IMG/VR virus record: IMGVR_UViG_3300017917_002466 | Location: 124,001-188,000 of that record | Length of the DNA: 64,000 bases | Strand: one strand, 5' to 3' | Shown: positions 50,302 through 61,344 of the stretch, piece after piece | Layout: every line of letters starts with the position of its first letter | Numbering within the stretch: position 1 is the first letter of the stretch | Translations under genes and position numbers: made by a program | Notes under the pieces: generated by a model | Told to the model about the DNA's origin: nothing | The model's input: the letters and a program-made list of their open reading frames with translations, nothing else | Databases searched by the model: none

Positions 50302-51126
50302 TTACTCCTTGTCTACATCAACCCATTTCTGAATATAGTTTCTGTCTTGTGTGAAGATAGGAATTTCAGTATCAATAACATATTCTGTTCTTATTGTAGG
50401 ATTTCCAAGTATCTGTAGTCTATCTTCTTTTGATTTAGGAAATCCATCTTTATCATCCAAGTTATATGTGAGTCCATCTTTAATACAAACACTTCTTTTA
50501 TAGACGCAAGTTCCCCTTTTCTTGTGAGTTTCTGTATCATTCCAGTTGATACCTTTCTGTGAGAAAAGCATTTCCTGAATTGCTTCACAAGACTTATGGT
50601 CAAGTTCCTTGTGAGAGAAGTGGGCTCTTCCAACCATCTGAATAGAGTTGCGAGTACAGTCCTGCTGTCTCCAAATTATCACATTAACAACATCATCTTT
50701 CGGAACGTTAAATGCTCTGGCATCAAACAAAGCTGGCTTTTTATCATATCTTTCAGGAAATTTAGCCATAAACTCGTGATTAAAGAAAGCAGTTGCCATT
50801 GAAGCCGCAACAGACTCAACTTTACTTTTACGATAGTCAAACCAAGCACAGGTTTCAATTCTTGTATAATCAGTTAAAAGTAGCGTAATTTCATCGCTTT
50901 GAGTATAACCGAACGAACAACCTTCAATATTCTTTACAAGAGCTTGAGTTGTTCTTTGCATACATTCAATAAGATTATCGTCAAAAGGTCTATTCATTCC
51001 TCTTGTTAAAGTATGAAAAGCGCACCCATCCAAACGAATAATAACTGGTACGCGTCTAGTCAAATATATTTCGGTTGCCTTTTCATATTCTTTACATCTA
51101 TCGCCTAATGATCTTTTGTCTGACAT
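50302..51126 (-). CDS. tRNA(His) guanylyltransferase Thg1-like protein
   Basis: IRLDG.AFH, YTQSDEI, FDARAF, WRQQD..RNS, GINWND. Confidence 0.9.
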   Translation of the reverse strand: MSDKRSLGDRCKEYEKATEIYLTRRVPVIIRLDGCAFHTLTRGMNRPFDDNLIECMQRTTQALVKNIEGCSFGYTQSDEITLLLTDYTRIETCAWFDYRKSKVESVAASMATAFFNHEFMAKFPERYDKKPALFDARAFNVPKDDVVNVIIWRQQDCTRNSIQMVGRAHFSHKELDHKSCEAIQEMLFSQKGINWNDTETHKKRGTCVYKRSVCIKDGLTYNLDDKDGFPKSKEDRLQILGNPTIRTEYVIDTEIPIFTQDRNYIQKWVDVDKE

Positions 51127-51181
51127 AGATACTCCTTGGTAATATAATATGGTCGCGGCTAGTTTGTCAACTAGCCACAAC

Positions 51182-52108
51182 CTATTTGGTGAGAAGAGCT
51201 TCCAGTTTGTCAAGACGCTCCCAAACATCTTTAACAGAAATGTACTCTGTAGTCTGTTTTTTCATTCCACTCTCACTACCATACCATTGTTCAATAGCAT
51301 TAGCGAGAAGAACTTTAAGTTCTCCTGTTCTTGGTTGTGGGGAAATTGTGGTTTGATTAAGAGATTTCTTTTCAAGAATATCCAATCTTTCAAGAGCATA
51401 CTTCTCAAACCTTTCCCAAGTTCCCCAAGTACCTTCTCTCATACTTTTGGCTTCTTCTTTATTATTCATCAAATCAATAGTTCCGTTATCCAAAACCTGA
51501 TTGATTTGGTCAATGAGCCTCAATATTTGAGAAGCTTGTTTAACATCCATTCCAAACTGTTCAAGCATAAATTGTCTCTTAGGGTTTTCGGTTTTACCTC
51601 TTTTAATATCATTTCTCATACGATGAAGCTGTGCAAAAGCATAACCCTTAAAAGCCATTACTGTTCTAAGAGATAAAAACTTCTCAGCATTATCTCTTAG
51701 CATCCAAGCAATATCTGTACCAAAGGTAACCAAGTGTCTTCTAACAAAAAGACATTCAATAAGATTTGGTGAACCTTTAATTCCAGTAAGATAAAAAAAT
51801 CTAACTAAACTATTCCACTCTCCTTCAACATCAGTCTTACCATCAGGAGTAAGAATTCTACTTTTTTCTCCTTTGACTTCTTTACTTTCAAAATTGGGAA
51901 CATTATCAAAACCAATTACATATCCGTACTTTTGAGGAAAAAGATGGACTTCTTGTGGCATAACTAATGCGACAATATCAATATCTGATTGCGGAGTATT
52001 AAGTCCATAAGCTTGGCTTCCGACAATACACTCATAAAGTAAATTTTCTCTAATCCAAAGTTCTTGTTTTTGAAATTTTTCTTGAACAAATAAATCCGTG
52101 TAAATCAT
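51182..52108 (-). CDS. DNA polymerase beta superfamily nucleotidyltransferase
   Basis: GSQAYGLNTPQSDID, PNLIE, FKGYA..Q. Confidence 0.85.
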   Translation of the reverse strand: MIYTDLFVQEKFQKQELWIRENLLYECIVGSQAYGLNTPQSDIDIVALVMPQEVHLFPQKYGYVIGFDNVPNFESKEVKGEKSRILTPDGKTDVEGEWNSLVRFFYLTGIKGSPNLIECLFVRRHLVTFGTDIAWMLRDNAEKFLSLRTVMAFKGYAFAQLHRMRNDIKRGKTENPKRQFMLEQFGMDVKQASQILRLIDQINQVLDNGTIDLMNNKEEAKSMREGTWGTWERFEKYALERLDILEKKSLNQTTISPQPRTGELKVLLANAIEQWYGSESGMKKQTTEYISVKDVWERLDKLEALLTK

Positions 52109-52982
52109 TATATCCTTCCTTTTTGAAAACCTTTATCTTTTCATTTCGTTGTTTCGGAATAGGACATCTTTCAAATCCATAAATCAACCATTGGCTTTGA
52201 CACCACTCTTCATCACGACTATCCATATCCCAGTATGGACAAACTATTTTCCCAACTGAACATTTATGTTTCTTCATAAATCTTCTTTCCTTTGTCTATC
52301 GCAAAAGTTTCAATCCATGAACCAGATACTTCCTTTGAAGCTTCCTTTGCTTTCTTCTTGGTTGAATACACTCCATAAATGGACTGTGGATTGAACTGGC
52401 AACAGTAGAACATGACTATGTAGACTTTCTTCATTTATTTTCCCCTTATAAGTCTTCCAACACTTTGCCATTTCTTTACGAAGTTTGCAATCAGTGATAT
52501 AACCAAAACCAAGATGCTTACTACACCGTTTCTTGTAAAGACCATTAACGTCATTACACTGCAGTTCCTGACTGGTATGCTGATAAGGACAATGAAGTTC
52601 CTCAATCGGGAGAGGCTTCTCACCATTAAGCCAATCCTTGTAAGCGACTCCAAACTTTGAGAAGTGAATAGTTTTTCCTTCTATAGTTTAATTCTTTTTC
52701 TTCCAAATTCCAGTACTAAAACAATTATTACACAAAATCTTCATTGGTCGACCAACCCAAGCATGAAATATATCGCTTGGCTTTACTTCAAGAGCCATCC
52801 ATCCACCGTCCAGTTCAAAATTTGAATCCCAATGAGTTTCTAGTTTGCGACCACAACAGCAACAGAAATGAACAATGCGAATGCCTTTATCTTTTATAGA
52901 TTGGACTCTGGCGGTTCTTTGTAGCCTTCGGTCCTCGGCAGTTTCAATCCGTCCGATATTTTCATCTGTGCCTTCAAACATT

Positions 52983-53816
52983 TTATTGACACTTTTCGTT
53001 TTCGTCCAGAATGAGATTGATAGCTTTTCCAATTCTGCTGACAAGAGGAATCACAGCATCAACAGTTTCCTTCTTCAAGTTGTCAGCATACTTGTCAATG
53101 TATTCGTATGTGTTCTTTGTACCAGCCTTCAAACCAAACATCCTCATAAGTACGGCTGCTCCGAACTCTGCGACAATCTCTTGGTTAGAATCTTGACCAG
53201 CCTTGATTGCTCCCTGCACCTTCTCGTCTGCGGCATGGACAAGTTCGTGAAAAAATGCCTGCTGGTCGTCCGTTGCCATCACAATTTCTTTGCGTTCAGG
53301 TGAGAAGTATGCATAGAAAGAAGGGTTATCAAATCCCTGCCTGACCTTCATCCCCCAATTTTTTGCGACCTTCTCACAGAGGAACTGTGGCATTTCCTTG
53401 TCAACCTTGTAGTCTACATCTTTCCCTTCAGTCTTTTCCACTCCCCAAACTGCGATAGGGTTGAAGCCCACCAAAATCGGAATCTTCTTTTCCTTTCCAT
53501 CCTTATCCAGTACAGGCTTCCCGTCGTTGTCAAGGACTGGCTTCAGCCAAAGCTTCGGGGCGATGATACAGAAGTTCCCCGCCTTCGTAACCTTGCGTCC
53601 AACCTTGAACCAAGCCCTCGGGCCTCTTGCGTCAAAAGTACCGTGACGCATCATAATCAGTCGGTTCAGGATTGACCAGTTGTCAGAAGGAATGTCTATA
53701 CCTCTGCGGAACATAGACTTCGCCACAGTCTCCAAAGACTCTGGCTCCTTGAACATCTTCAACAGCCCTTCAATTTCCCCTCGCACCTTGTCGTTGGACA
53801 ACATACTTCTGGCCAT
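52983..53816 (-). CDS. ArdC-like antirestriction protein (ssDNA-binding plus zincin domain)
   Basis: WS..N.L, W...GRKV.K, FFHELVH, EIVAE.GA. Confidence 0.7.
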   Translation of the reverse strand: MARSMLSNDKVRGEIEGLLKMFKEPESLETVAKSMFRRGIDIPSDNWSILNRLIMMRHGTFDARGPRAWFKVGRKVTKAGNFCIIAPKLWLKPVLDNDGKPVLDKDGKEKKIPILVGFNPIAVWGVEKTEGKDVDYKVDKEMPQFLCEKVAKNWGMKVRQGFDNPSFYAYFSPERKEIVMATDDQQAFFHELVHAADEKVQGAIKAGQDSNQEIVAEFGAAVLMRMFGLKAGTKNTYEYIDKYADNLKKETVDAVIPLVSRIGKAINLILDENEKCQ

Positions 53817-53875
53817 ACAAACCTTCCTTTCTTATGATTATAATATACATCAAAGGAAAGAAAATGTCAAGAGGA

Positions 53876-53912
53876 AAATAAAAAAGATTGCCGGGCTTAA
53901 GACCCGGCAATC
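53876..53912 (-). terminator. intrinsic terminator
   Basis: agattgccggg-cttaaga-cccggcaatct next to an A-tract. Confidence 0.75.
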
Positions 53913-53988
53913 TCCAGTCCGTGAGTGGTTTGGGACGCTCAAGCAAGAAGCGCTAGCGTACTTGCCTGCTGTGTTGCTCCCGCCTTGT

Positions 53989-55188
53989 TCACTTCGTGTT
54001 TCCTGCTCCTTCAACACCCAAGTCAAGCGCAAGGTCTTTGGCTGTCTTGGCTGTCAGGAGATTGACAAGTTCATTAGCCCCTGAAGCCGACCTGCTATTA
54101 CCTTCACCCATGACAACAGTCGGAACCCAGTTACCAGCATAACCCTTGATAGCTTCAGCATATGCCTTGTTGATTTCAACAATTGCCTCAATCTTCTGTT
54201 CAAGGGCTCCGTTAGCCTGCATAACAAGCCTCTTATATGATGCCTCACCTTCTCCACGAAGGATGTTTGCACGCTTCTCCTGCTCGGCGGTCTTTGCTTC
54301 AAGTGTAGCAACTTCAAGCTTCTGCTGAGCTTCTGTTACTGCCGTTGCTTTAATTACTTCTTGATCCCACTTTGCCTTGGCTGCATCGGCCTCTCCGTTC
54401 TTGGCAACAGTGATAGCCCTCTGCTCGGCCTTCTTGGCTTCTGCTATGGAAGTTTGAACGTCCATTGTAATCTGTTGCTGTTGCTTAATCTGGTCTTCAA
54501 CAGCCTTGTCATACGGAAGCTGGTCAATCGCAAAGTTGAAGGTACGGATTCCGAAGTCCTTGATGGCTGACTCTTCCTGACGGGCAAGAAGTCCACTACT
54601 ATCTTTGACAATCTCAACCAAAGTTACAGTCTTCTCTGCACCTGTCATTTGGTCATTGGTCTTAACTTCTTTAGAGATAGTCTTGTACACACCATTGGAA
54701 ATCTGGTCTTCTACATATGAGATAAGGTAGTTGCGCTTCTCGGCATAAGACTCCTTGGAACTCATAAGAGGGCCAGTCATATAGATTGCCTTGTTCACAA
54801 TAGTCTGAATCAACTGAGTTTCAAGGGATGCCTGATTACTAAACTTATTCTGAACCTTGGTAAGATAATCCTTATTCAGTGGCATTTCATACTGAACTGA
54901 TCCCATCATTGTTCCGTGTCCACCATCATTGAAACGAACGGAAGTCTTGAACTGATAGATGGAACGCTTCTTGTACTTGGTGACCTTTCCGAAACCTTGC
55001 CACTTGATACCTGCATCGGTATACCAAGCGAGCTTTCCTGCGATGGGTGACTGAATACAAGCGATTTCGTCAGTATCTACGTTCTCAAAGATGTTACCCG
55101 CAAAAGCGATAACAATGATACCGACGACTACGATACTAACGATAGATGCAATTACTCCAACCGGATTGCGCTTCAATTGCTGGGTCAT
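53989..55188 (-). CDS. SPFH/Band 7 domain membrane protein
   Basis: N-terminal TM, VRFNDGG, coiled coil with EA repeats. Confidence 0.8.
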   Translation of the reverse strand: MTQQLKRNPVGVIASIVSIVVVGIIVIAFAGNIFENVDTDEIACIQSPIAGKLAWYTDAGIKWQGFGKVTKYKKRSIYQFKTSVRFNDGGHGTMMGSVQYEMPLNKDYLTKVQNKFSNQASLETQLIQTIVNKAIYMTGPLMSSKESYAEKRNYLISYVEDQISNGVYKTISKEVKTNDQMTGAEKTVTLVEIVKDSSGLLARQEESAIKDFGIRTFNFAIDQLPYDKAVEDQIKQQQQITMDVQTSIAEAKKAEQRAITVAKNGEADAAKAKWDQEVIKATAVTEAQQKLEVATLEAKTAEQEKRANILRGEGEASYKRLVMQANGALEQKIEAIVEINKAYAEAIKGYAGNWVPTVVMGEGNSRSASGANELVNLLTAKTAKDLALDLGVEGAGNTK

Positions 55189-55457
55189 AAACTAACTTCT
55201 CCTTTTGGTTTTGATTGTTTTACGAATTTCACGAGCTTCTTTTTCCAAATCAACTTCAGAGGATTCCTGATTGAGTTCGCGAATTTCACTCTGAATCTTC
55301 TGTTCCTTTTGGAACATTGGGAACATCTTGGTTCCTTTTAGTGACGGGACTAACATTTGAGTGACAATTAGAATCATCACCGTCACGCATACAGCGAACT
55401 CAAACAGTGAAAGAAAGAACATACCTTGACCTCCTTTCTTTTTTAAAACTTTAAATA

Positions 55458-56312
55458 TTATTCACCATCAACACAATCATAACCACAATCAGGACAATTA
55501 TAGATTTTACCATTCTTGCCGTTTTCAATATTCATTTCACACCCACATTCTGGACAATCATTATCTTCTTCATCTTCTTCTGTACCAATGAGTAAAAGCT
55601 CATAATCGCAAGAATCAGCTATCAACTCTCCTTTTTTATTAGTAAGACCTTCGCTAATTAATATATCTTGTAACAAACAAGCAGCTGTATAACCAATGCT
55701 TAAACCTTTTTGAATTGTAAAAGGGTTTGCGTTTCCTTCATCATAAACTAATTTAACAGTTTTAGTAAAGTATTTTTCTTTCAATTCTTTTTTGTGTTTT
55801 TCTTTTGCTTCTTTTGCTTCCTCTGCTTCTTTTTTTCTAGCTAATCTTTTTTCTTCTGCTTTATTTGTTACTTCATATTCTTCTTCGTATTCTTGATTTT
55901 CCAAATATTCTTCTGTTGATTGAAAAGAATCTTGATAATCTTCTCTATTCGGCGTTAGAGAATCATCAAGCTCTTGTAGTCTCTCAAGCTCCTTATCAAG
56001 CTTCTTTTGATTTCTCTTGCTTATAAAAGAACCAGCGGAAATGCCGGCTCCAAAAGAAAGAGATTCGTTTCTACTGTTTCTCTTTTCATTATCCGATCTT
56101 TTTCTTTCAGCATCTTTTTCGTTTCTCATCCTTCTTTCATAGTCACCAATCGTTTCAGTTGATCTTGAACCACAACTCAAACACTTCCTGTCTTTGAAAG
56201 ATTTTGAAGGGCAACTATTATTACTACATCCAGTACTACCACAATCTTTGCATCGGTATATCCAACCGCTGCATCTAATATGATTATGGACTGCTTCACA
56301 CAAAGTTTTCAT
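55458..56312 (-). CDS. hypothetical protein with zinc ribbons and possible FtsK-gamma-like segment
   Basis: Terminal CxxC motifs; IQKGLSIGY..A..L.D.L..EG. Confidence 0.5.
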   Translation of the reverse strand: MKTLCEAVHNHIRCSGWIYRCKDCGSTGCSNNSCPSKSFKDRKCLSCGSRSTETIGDYERRMRNEKDAERKRSDNEKRNSRNESLSFGAGISAGSFISKRNQKKLDKELERLQELDDSLTPNREDYQDSFQSTEEYLENQEYEEEYEVTNKAEEKRLARKKEAEEAKEAKEKHKKELKEKYFTKTVKLVYDEGNANPFTIQKGLSIGYTAACLLQDILISEGLTNKKGELIADSCDYELLLIGTEEDEEDNDCPECGCEMNIENGKNGKIYNCPDCGYDCVDGE

Positions 56313-56322
56313 ATTAAACCTT

Positions 56323-57489
56323 TTATATCTTATCTAAGCAACTTTTGAGATAATTAAAATAATCTTGATCTTCTGTCATAGACTTGGAAATATTATTGCT
56401 AAGTTTACAAACAGGTAGTCCATTAACAGAAATCTGCTTACAAACATTTTGTAGTGGCTCAAGTCCAAGATCATTAGATAAATAAGTTCCAATCCCGAAC
56501 ATAGTTTTTATTCTATGATTAAAACGAATAGCTAACTCAAACATCTTTGGAAAATCAAGTCCGTCAGAAAAAATCAATACCTTATTTTTTGGGTTAATTC
56601 CCAAAGCATTATAGTGATTTAGTACCATCTCACCCCAGACTATAGGATCACCAGAGTCGTGCCTCAAACCAGAACTTCTATTAGCAATATCTGGTGATAG
56701 ATCAAGTAACATTTTTTTATCACCTAACGTATCAGACAAAAGAATTCCTAAATCATTTCCATAAAAATCTAACCAAGTTTCAATCGCCATTTTCTGACTG
56801 TTCATAGGATGAGTAAAGGCTTGGAACAAAGTAAAAAACTCGTGTGCCATTGTGCCTATAGGTTTGATATTGAAACGCCTTGCCAAATCCACATCACTAG
56901 TTCCAATAATAACTCCATTATCAGCAAGATTTTTTGTTATGAACTCGTGCCATTCTGTAGTGTACGCTCTCCTACCCCCAAATTCTGCAATCAAAGGAGT
57001 ATAGCCATTCTTGCGTTCAAATTCTTTGAACATCGCAATTTTCTGAACAAGCCTATTTCTACCTTCAGAAATAAGATTATCATTAATAGGATTTACATTC
57101 CTACTATAAACCTCATGTACAATTTTCAAAACAAATATTTCAAATAGACTTACGTTTGTTAATGGTCCTTCCATTTCAATAGCCAAATTCCCATCTTTCT
57201 CACCAACATTAATATAATGCCTTTTGAGTCTGAAATCATCAAGATAGTTTATAAAACATTCACTAAAATAAGGAATAACAGCAAGATATTCAAGTTCATC
57301 ATTAGTAAAATTCAAATCACATAAACAGTCGATCTCATCTTCAATCTCTTTTTTAAATGGTAAGAGATTGATTCCGACATTTCTACACTTGAATTTATAC
57401 TTTGCTAATACATTAGGAAACTTCTGAAAAAAGATATTCAACATCGTCAGTTTGTAATAGTCTTGACTCAATAAACTTTTGATTATCAT
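56323..57489 (-). CDS. pncB: nicotinate phosphoribosyltransferase
   Basis: DYYKLTM, EFG.RR, GTMAHE, RHDSGDP, IFSDGL, FGIGT. Confidence 0.92.
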   Translation of the reverse strand: MIIKSLLSQDYYKLTMLNIFFQKFPNVLAKYKFKCRNVGINLLPFKKEIEDEIDCLCDLNFTNDELEYLAVIPYFSECFINYLDDFRLKRHYINVGEKDGNLAIEMEGPLTNVSLFEIFVLKIVHEVYSRNVNPINDNLISEGRNRLVQKIAMFKEFERKNGYTPLIAEFGGRRAYTTEWHEFITKNLADNGVIIGTSDVDLARRFNIKPIGTMAHEFFTLFQAFTHPMNSQKMAIETWLDFYGNDLGILLSDTLGDKKMLLDLSPDIANRSSGLRHDSGDPIVWGEMVLNHYNALGINPKNKVLIFSDGLDFPKMFELAIRFNHRIKTMFGIGTYLSNDLGLEPLQNVCKQISVNGLPVCKLSNNISKSMTEDQDYFNYLKSCLDKI

Positions 57490-58185
57490 TCAATTCCTCT
57501 TTCTTACTTCAATACACTTTCAATACGATTCTTTATTGCGGTCTTTAATTGAAGTTCCTTTTTATACATCTAATATAAATCAAGGTAAAGGATTTGTCAA
57601 GTTATTTCTTTCTTGCTTCTCTAAATTGTTTCAATTGTTCAAGCTTACCATTTAAAAACTTAGCTGGTAAAAAGAAAATATCTCCACACACTTGAAGAAA
57701 TTCCACAATAGGTTCAAGTGTTTCAATTGCAACAACAAGTTCTTTATCAGCAATTGCTTCACCAACACGAAGTCTATTCAAAACATCCGAAGTTGTTTGA
57801 TGTTCGGATTTCATCTATCCTCCCTTCCAAAAGTCTCCATCCAATATGTTAAAATTTTAATAGATTCTTTATTATTAACTTTAAACTTCTTTTCAATATA
57901 TGGAGCAGCTCCAAACATGTTAGTTTTACCTGACTCTCTTAATTCATCAAGAAAGTCAAGATGATCTTGAGTTACATAATCTGGTCTTGACATTTAATCA
58001 TTCTCCATTGGTAGTGATTCTACAATTAATTTTCTTCCCCACTTAATATCCAGTTCTTCAATAGTAAAAGCTCTTCCTTTATCAATTTCATTTAGTTGAT
58101 GTACAATTTTGATTTCATCATTATCAGCATAATGAATTTTAGCAGGAAAATTAATCATGACTTAGACTCCTTCGTTTAGAATAAT

Positions 58186-58554
58186 TTAAATTACCCTCAT
58201 ATAAAGAGTTTTGAAATACTTACCGTATTCAATACTATCGTCTATCATTAAATCAATATTTTGTTGCTTACAATATTTGGCTTTAGCATAGTTCCAATCT
58301 TCATTTTTGAAAAATGGATCATTAGGAGTCTTCCAATAAACTTCTTTACCTTGCGAAAGAAGATCGTCTGCTATGCTATAAAAATGAGTGTATTGAATTC
58401 CAAATTCTTTTAATTGAGATTCTATTTCAGGAGTTCTTTGCGAACCAGTTATAATGTAAACATTATGACCTTGTTCAATCAACCTTTTAGTAAAGGTTGT
58501 AAAAAACTTTGGCTTTGCATCAATTGTGTTATGTATGTCTACTCCGAACCGCAT
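58186..58554 (-). CDS. HAD-superfamily hydrolase-like protein
   Basis: FGVDIHNTI, IITG, IDLMIDD. Confidence 0.65.
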   Translation of the reverse strand: MRFGVDIHNTIDAKPKFFTTFTKRLIEQGHNVYIITGSQRTPEIESQLKEFGIQYTHFYSIADDLLSQGKEVYWKTPNDPFFKNEDWNYAKAKYCKQQNIDLMIDDSIEYGKYFKTLYMRVI

Positions 58555-59818
58555 AACAACTTTAAGCCTTTCTAAACCAATCCCACAAATAGTTCTTTCC
58601 CTTAAACTCTGGCTGGAGACTAAAGCTGTCTATTGTATTGTACTCTCCGTACACATCAACCCAATCCCCTCGGAACCCTTTGATTTTGTAGGTCTTGTTT
58701 TTGAAGAAAGCACATCCGACTGGGTCAGAAATTTCTGGAACATCTCGTTCTGCAAGGAGAAAATCATTTGGAACAATTACCTCAAAGCATTCCATAAACG
58801 TATCCTTTCTATGTAACTAATATAATATCTGTGAAAGGATTTGTCAATGGTTATTTGAAATATTCATAACCATTTGTGCCAAAGCTCCAATATCATCTGA
58901 AATAAAATCAAGGGCTTTAGAAAGTTCTCTTCTTGTTACCATTTTATCTGGACTTCTTTTCATCTTTTCTACAAAGCTATCCCAATCTTTTTGTCTAAGT
59001 TCAGAATCTTTATTTTCCGTTTTCATAGTAAACTTCATTCCACTTCTGATTCTTCTTTCTTGATATTGAACTTTTTGCCTTTCACGCTATTGCCGTGAAC
59101 GCATTCGTGTTCAATGTTGTTGGGCTTTGAACCTTGACACCAACGATAGTTCTTAGTGTAGGGAGCATAAACTGGACATTCACAACACTTCATAGAAACC
59201 TCCTATTCTGAAATTATATCAAACTGGTCACCGATTTTATTCAAAGTATTGGCAAGTTGTTTGGCCAAAGACTTTAGCCATTCCTCAGACCTACCATTCA
59301 TTACCCTGTCTTGTTCTTCTTCTGATAAGTCTTCAAAGACAACATTAGCATACTTCTTGGTATCTTCGTTCAAAGTCCTGAAATAAATGCCCGAAAGTTT
59401 TCTACGTTCTTTAGCCATTTTCTAATCTCCTTTATCTGTTTCATTAAGGATTCTATTAGCCCTACGTTTAACATTACCCGGCTTCTTATACATCATTTTC
59501 AAATAATCTTCAGCAGAAATTGAAGCACTCGAGACAGTAGGACGATAAGTACCAGAAACTGTTCTACCATCCATCGTAGTTGCTGTCAAAGGATTAAAGC
59601 CATTGTCATACATTCTATTATAATGATCTACTTCTTTCCTTATATCTTCAATGTAGTCTGTATTCTTCTTAGCCTTCTCAATCACTACTTTCATTGTAGG
59701 AGTTACTGTTTTCGGTGGCCTTGGCTTAGGCTTCGGAAGCATTGCCTTGATTGTTTTCAATTCTTCAAGAAGATTCTTGAAAGTTGAATCAAGGAAATCA
59801 ACATACTTCAAGTAAAGC

Positions 59819-60427
59819 TTAATCATATAATTCACCTTCAATTTTAAAAAAATTTCTACCAATAAAAGAATTAAAAATTAACCAAGCTTTTGCACTTATT
59901 TTATTATTTGGATTTTCTAAAATTTCTTGAACTTTATTTTTGTCGGCTATAATAATTTCTATTTCTTCACTTGATTCATTATTTTTATTTGAGATTTCTC
60001 CTTCAGCTTCACAAAAAACAATTGAAATTGATTCATCTGAAAGACCCGCGCTGTTTATAATAAATGGACTTATATGTTTTATTTTTGTCACATTTAGTCC
60101 AACTTCTTCAAAAAATTCCCTACGAGCAGCTTCTTCAATACTTTCATTTTTGTCAATTAATCCTGCTGGCAGAGAAAATTCATAATCCTGAAGTGGAACT
60201 CGGAACTCTTTGATAACTACAAGCCTCAAATCTCTTTGATATCCTGCACCAACTGGCATTGTAATCCATCCCTTATCAACAACAGCCGCAATATAAACTG
60301 CCTTCATTCCGTTTGGTCTAGAACACCAAGTCCAATAATTTGTTTGATTTTTTTTATTAAGATATTCAGTTGCAAGTAAATCAAGAAATTGTGTTTTAAT
60401 TAGTGGTTTAGTTCTCAATATTTTCAT
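59819..60427 (-). CDS. NUDIX hydrolase (ADP-ribose pyrophosphatase-like)
   Basis: PAGLIDKNESIEEAARREFFEEVG Nudix box; EFRVP; SAGLSDE. Confidence 0.9.
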   Translation of the reverse strand: MKILRTKPLIKTQFLDLLATEYLNKKNQTNYWTWCSRPNGMKAVYIAAVVDKGWITMPVGAGYQRDLRLVVIKEFRVPLQDYEFSLPAGLIDKNESIEEAARREFFEEVGLNVTKIKHISPFIINSAGLSDESISIVFCEAEGEISNKNNESSEEIEIIIADKNKVQEILENPNNKISAKAWLIFNSFIGRNFFKIEGELYD

Positions 60428-61004
60428 AAAGCTTTTCCTTTTTAATAAAACGTACAATTTTTTTATTTGTCAATGCAGTAGCACAATTAAAATTACCCCG
60501 ACTCAAAAGCTTTCTTATATAAGTAGAACTACATTCACAATTTTTTATAAGCAACATTTGATGTGGCTTAATTAAATACCAAGTTTCAAGATGTTGTTCG
60601 ATATAATCGCCTCTTTCAAAAATAATAAATGGAACTGATTGTATTAATGATTCATAATTAGCCCAAGTATTAATATGGTCTGCACAGTCCCTTCCTATAA
60701 TAACACTAAAATTATATTTTTCAAACATAAAACGAAGAATAGCTATCATATCATACATACGACCACTTATATTCATTTCTTCATATCGCTTAACCTTAAT
60801 ACGACCAAATAAACTAGGAAATATTAATTTACACATTTTAATTCTATGTTCAAAAGATACTTGATTATTTTTATGTGGATGGTTATAAGTAGGAAGTACC
60901 CAAACTTCATTAACAAGATTCTTTTCCAAACAAGCTTTTACAATTGCTAGATGTGAAATGTGGGGTGGATTAAAAGAACCCCCTAGTATTCCGATCTTTT
61001 TCAT
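60408..61004 (-). CDS. nadD: nicotinate-nucleotide adenylyltransferase
   Basis: GGSFNPPH..H, IIG.D, SSTYIR. Confidence 0.9.
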   Translation of the reverse strand: MKKIGILGGSFNPPHISHLAIVKACLEKNLVNEVWVLPTYNHPHKNNQVSFEHRIKMCKLIFPSLFGRIKVKRYEEMNISGRMYDMIAILRFMFEKYNFSVIIGRDCADHINTWANYESLIQSVPFIIFERGDYIEQHLETWYLIKPHQMLLIKNCECSSTYIRKLLSRGNFNCATALTNKKIVRFIKKEKLYENIEN

Positions 61005-61012
61005 ATTATTCT

Positions 61013-61321
61013 TTACGGAAGAATGATACCACTCTTAGTCTTATTACCAACTGTTCCTGGTTTTCCACCCGTAATTACTGATACAATCTGCTGAAAGTTA
61101 TGGTTCAGAGCATCCATATTATGCATCATCGTTACTGACATTTGAGCCAAACCTTCAATGTTTCCAGAAACGAACTCAACAACTTCCAAGAGTTCGGACT
61201 TGGTAACAGTTGCATCAGGATTATCTTTCAAATCCTGAACAAAAGCATCCCACTTAGCTTTGCGGGCTTCGTATTCTTTCTTCATTTCCTCTTTGGTCAT
61301 TTCCTTCTGTGGCTGTTCCAT
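61013..61321 (-). CDS. hypothetical protein, paralog of 58844..59038
   Basis: WD.FV......PD..VT..EL....F.S..I..LAQM shared. Confidence 0.65.
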   Translation of the reverse strand: MEQPQKEMTKEEMKKEYEARKAKWDAFVQDLKDNPDATVTKSELLEVVEFVSGNIEGLAQMSVTMMHNMDALNHNFQQIVSVITGGKPGTVGNKTKSGIILP

Positions 61322-61344
61322 TTTAGCTTCTTGGTATGATGATT

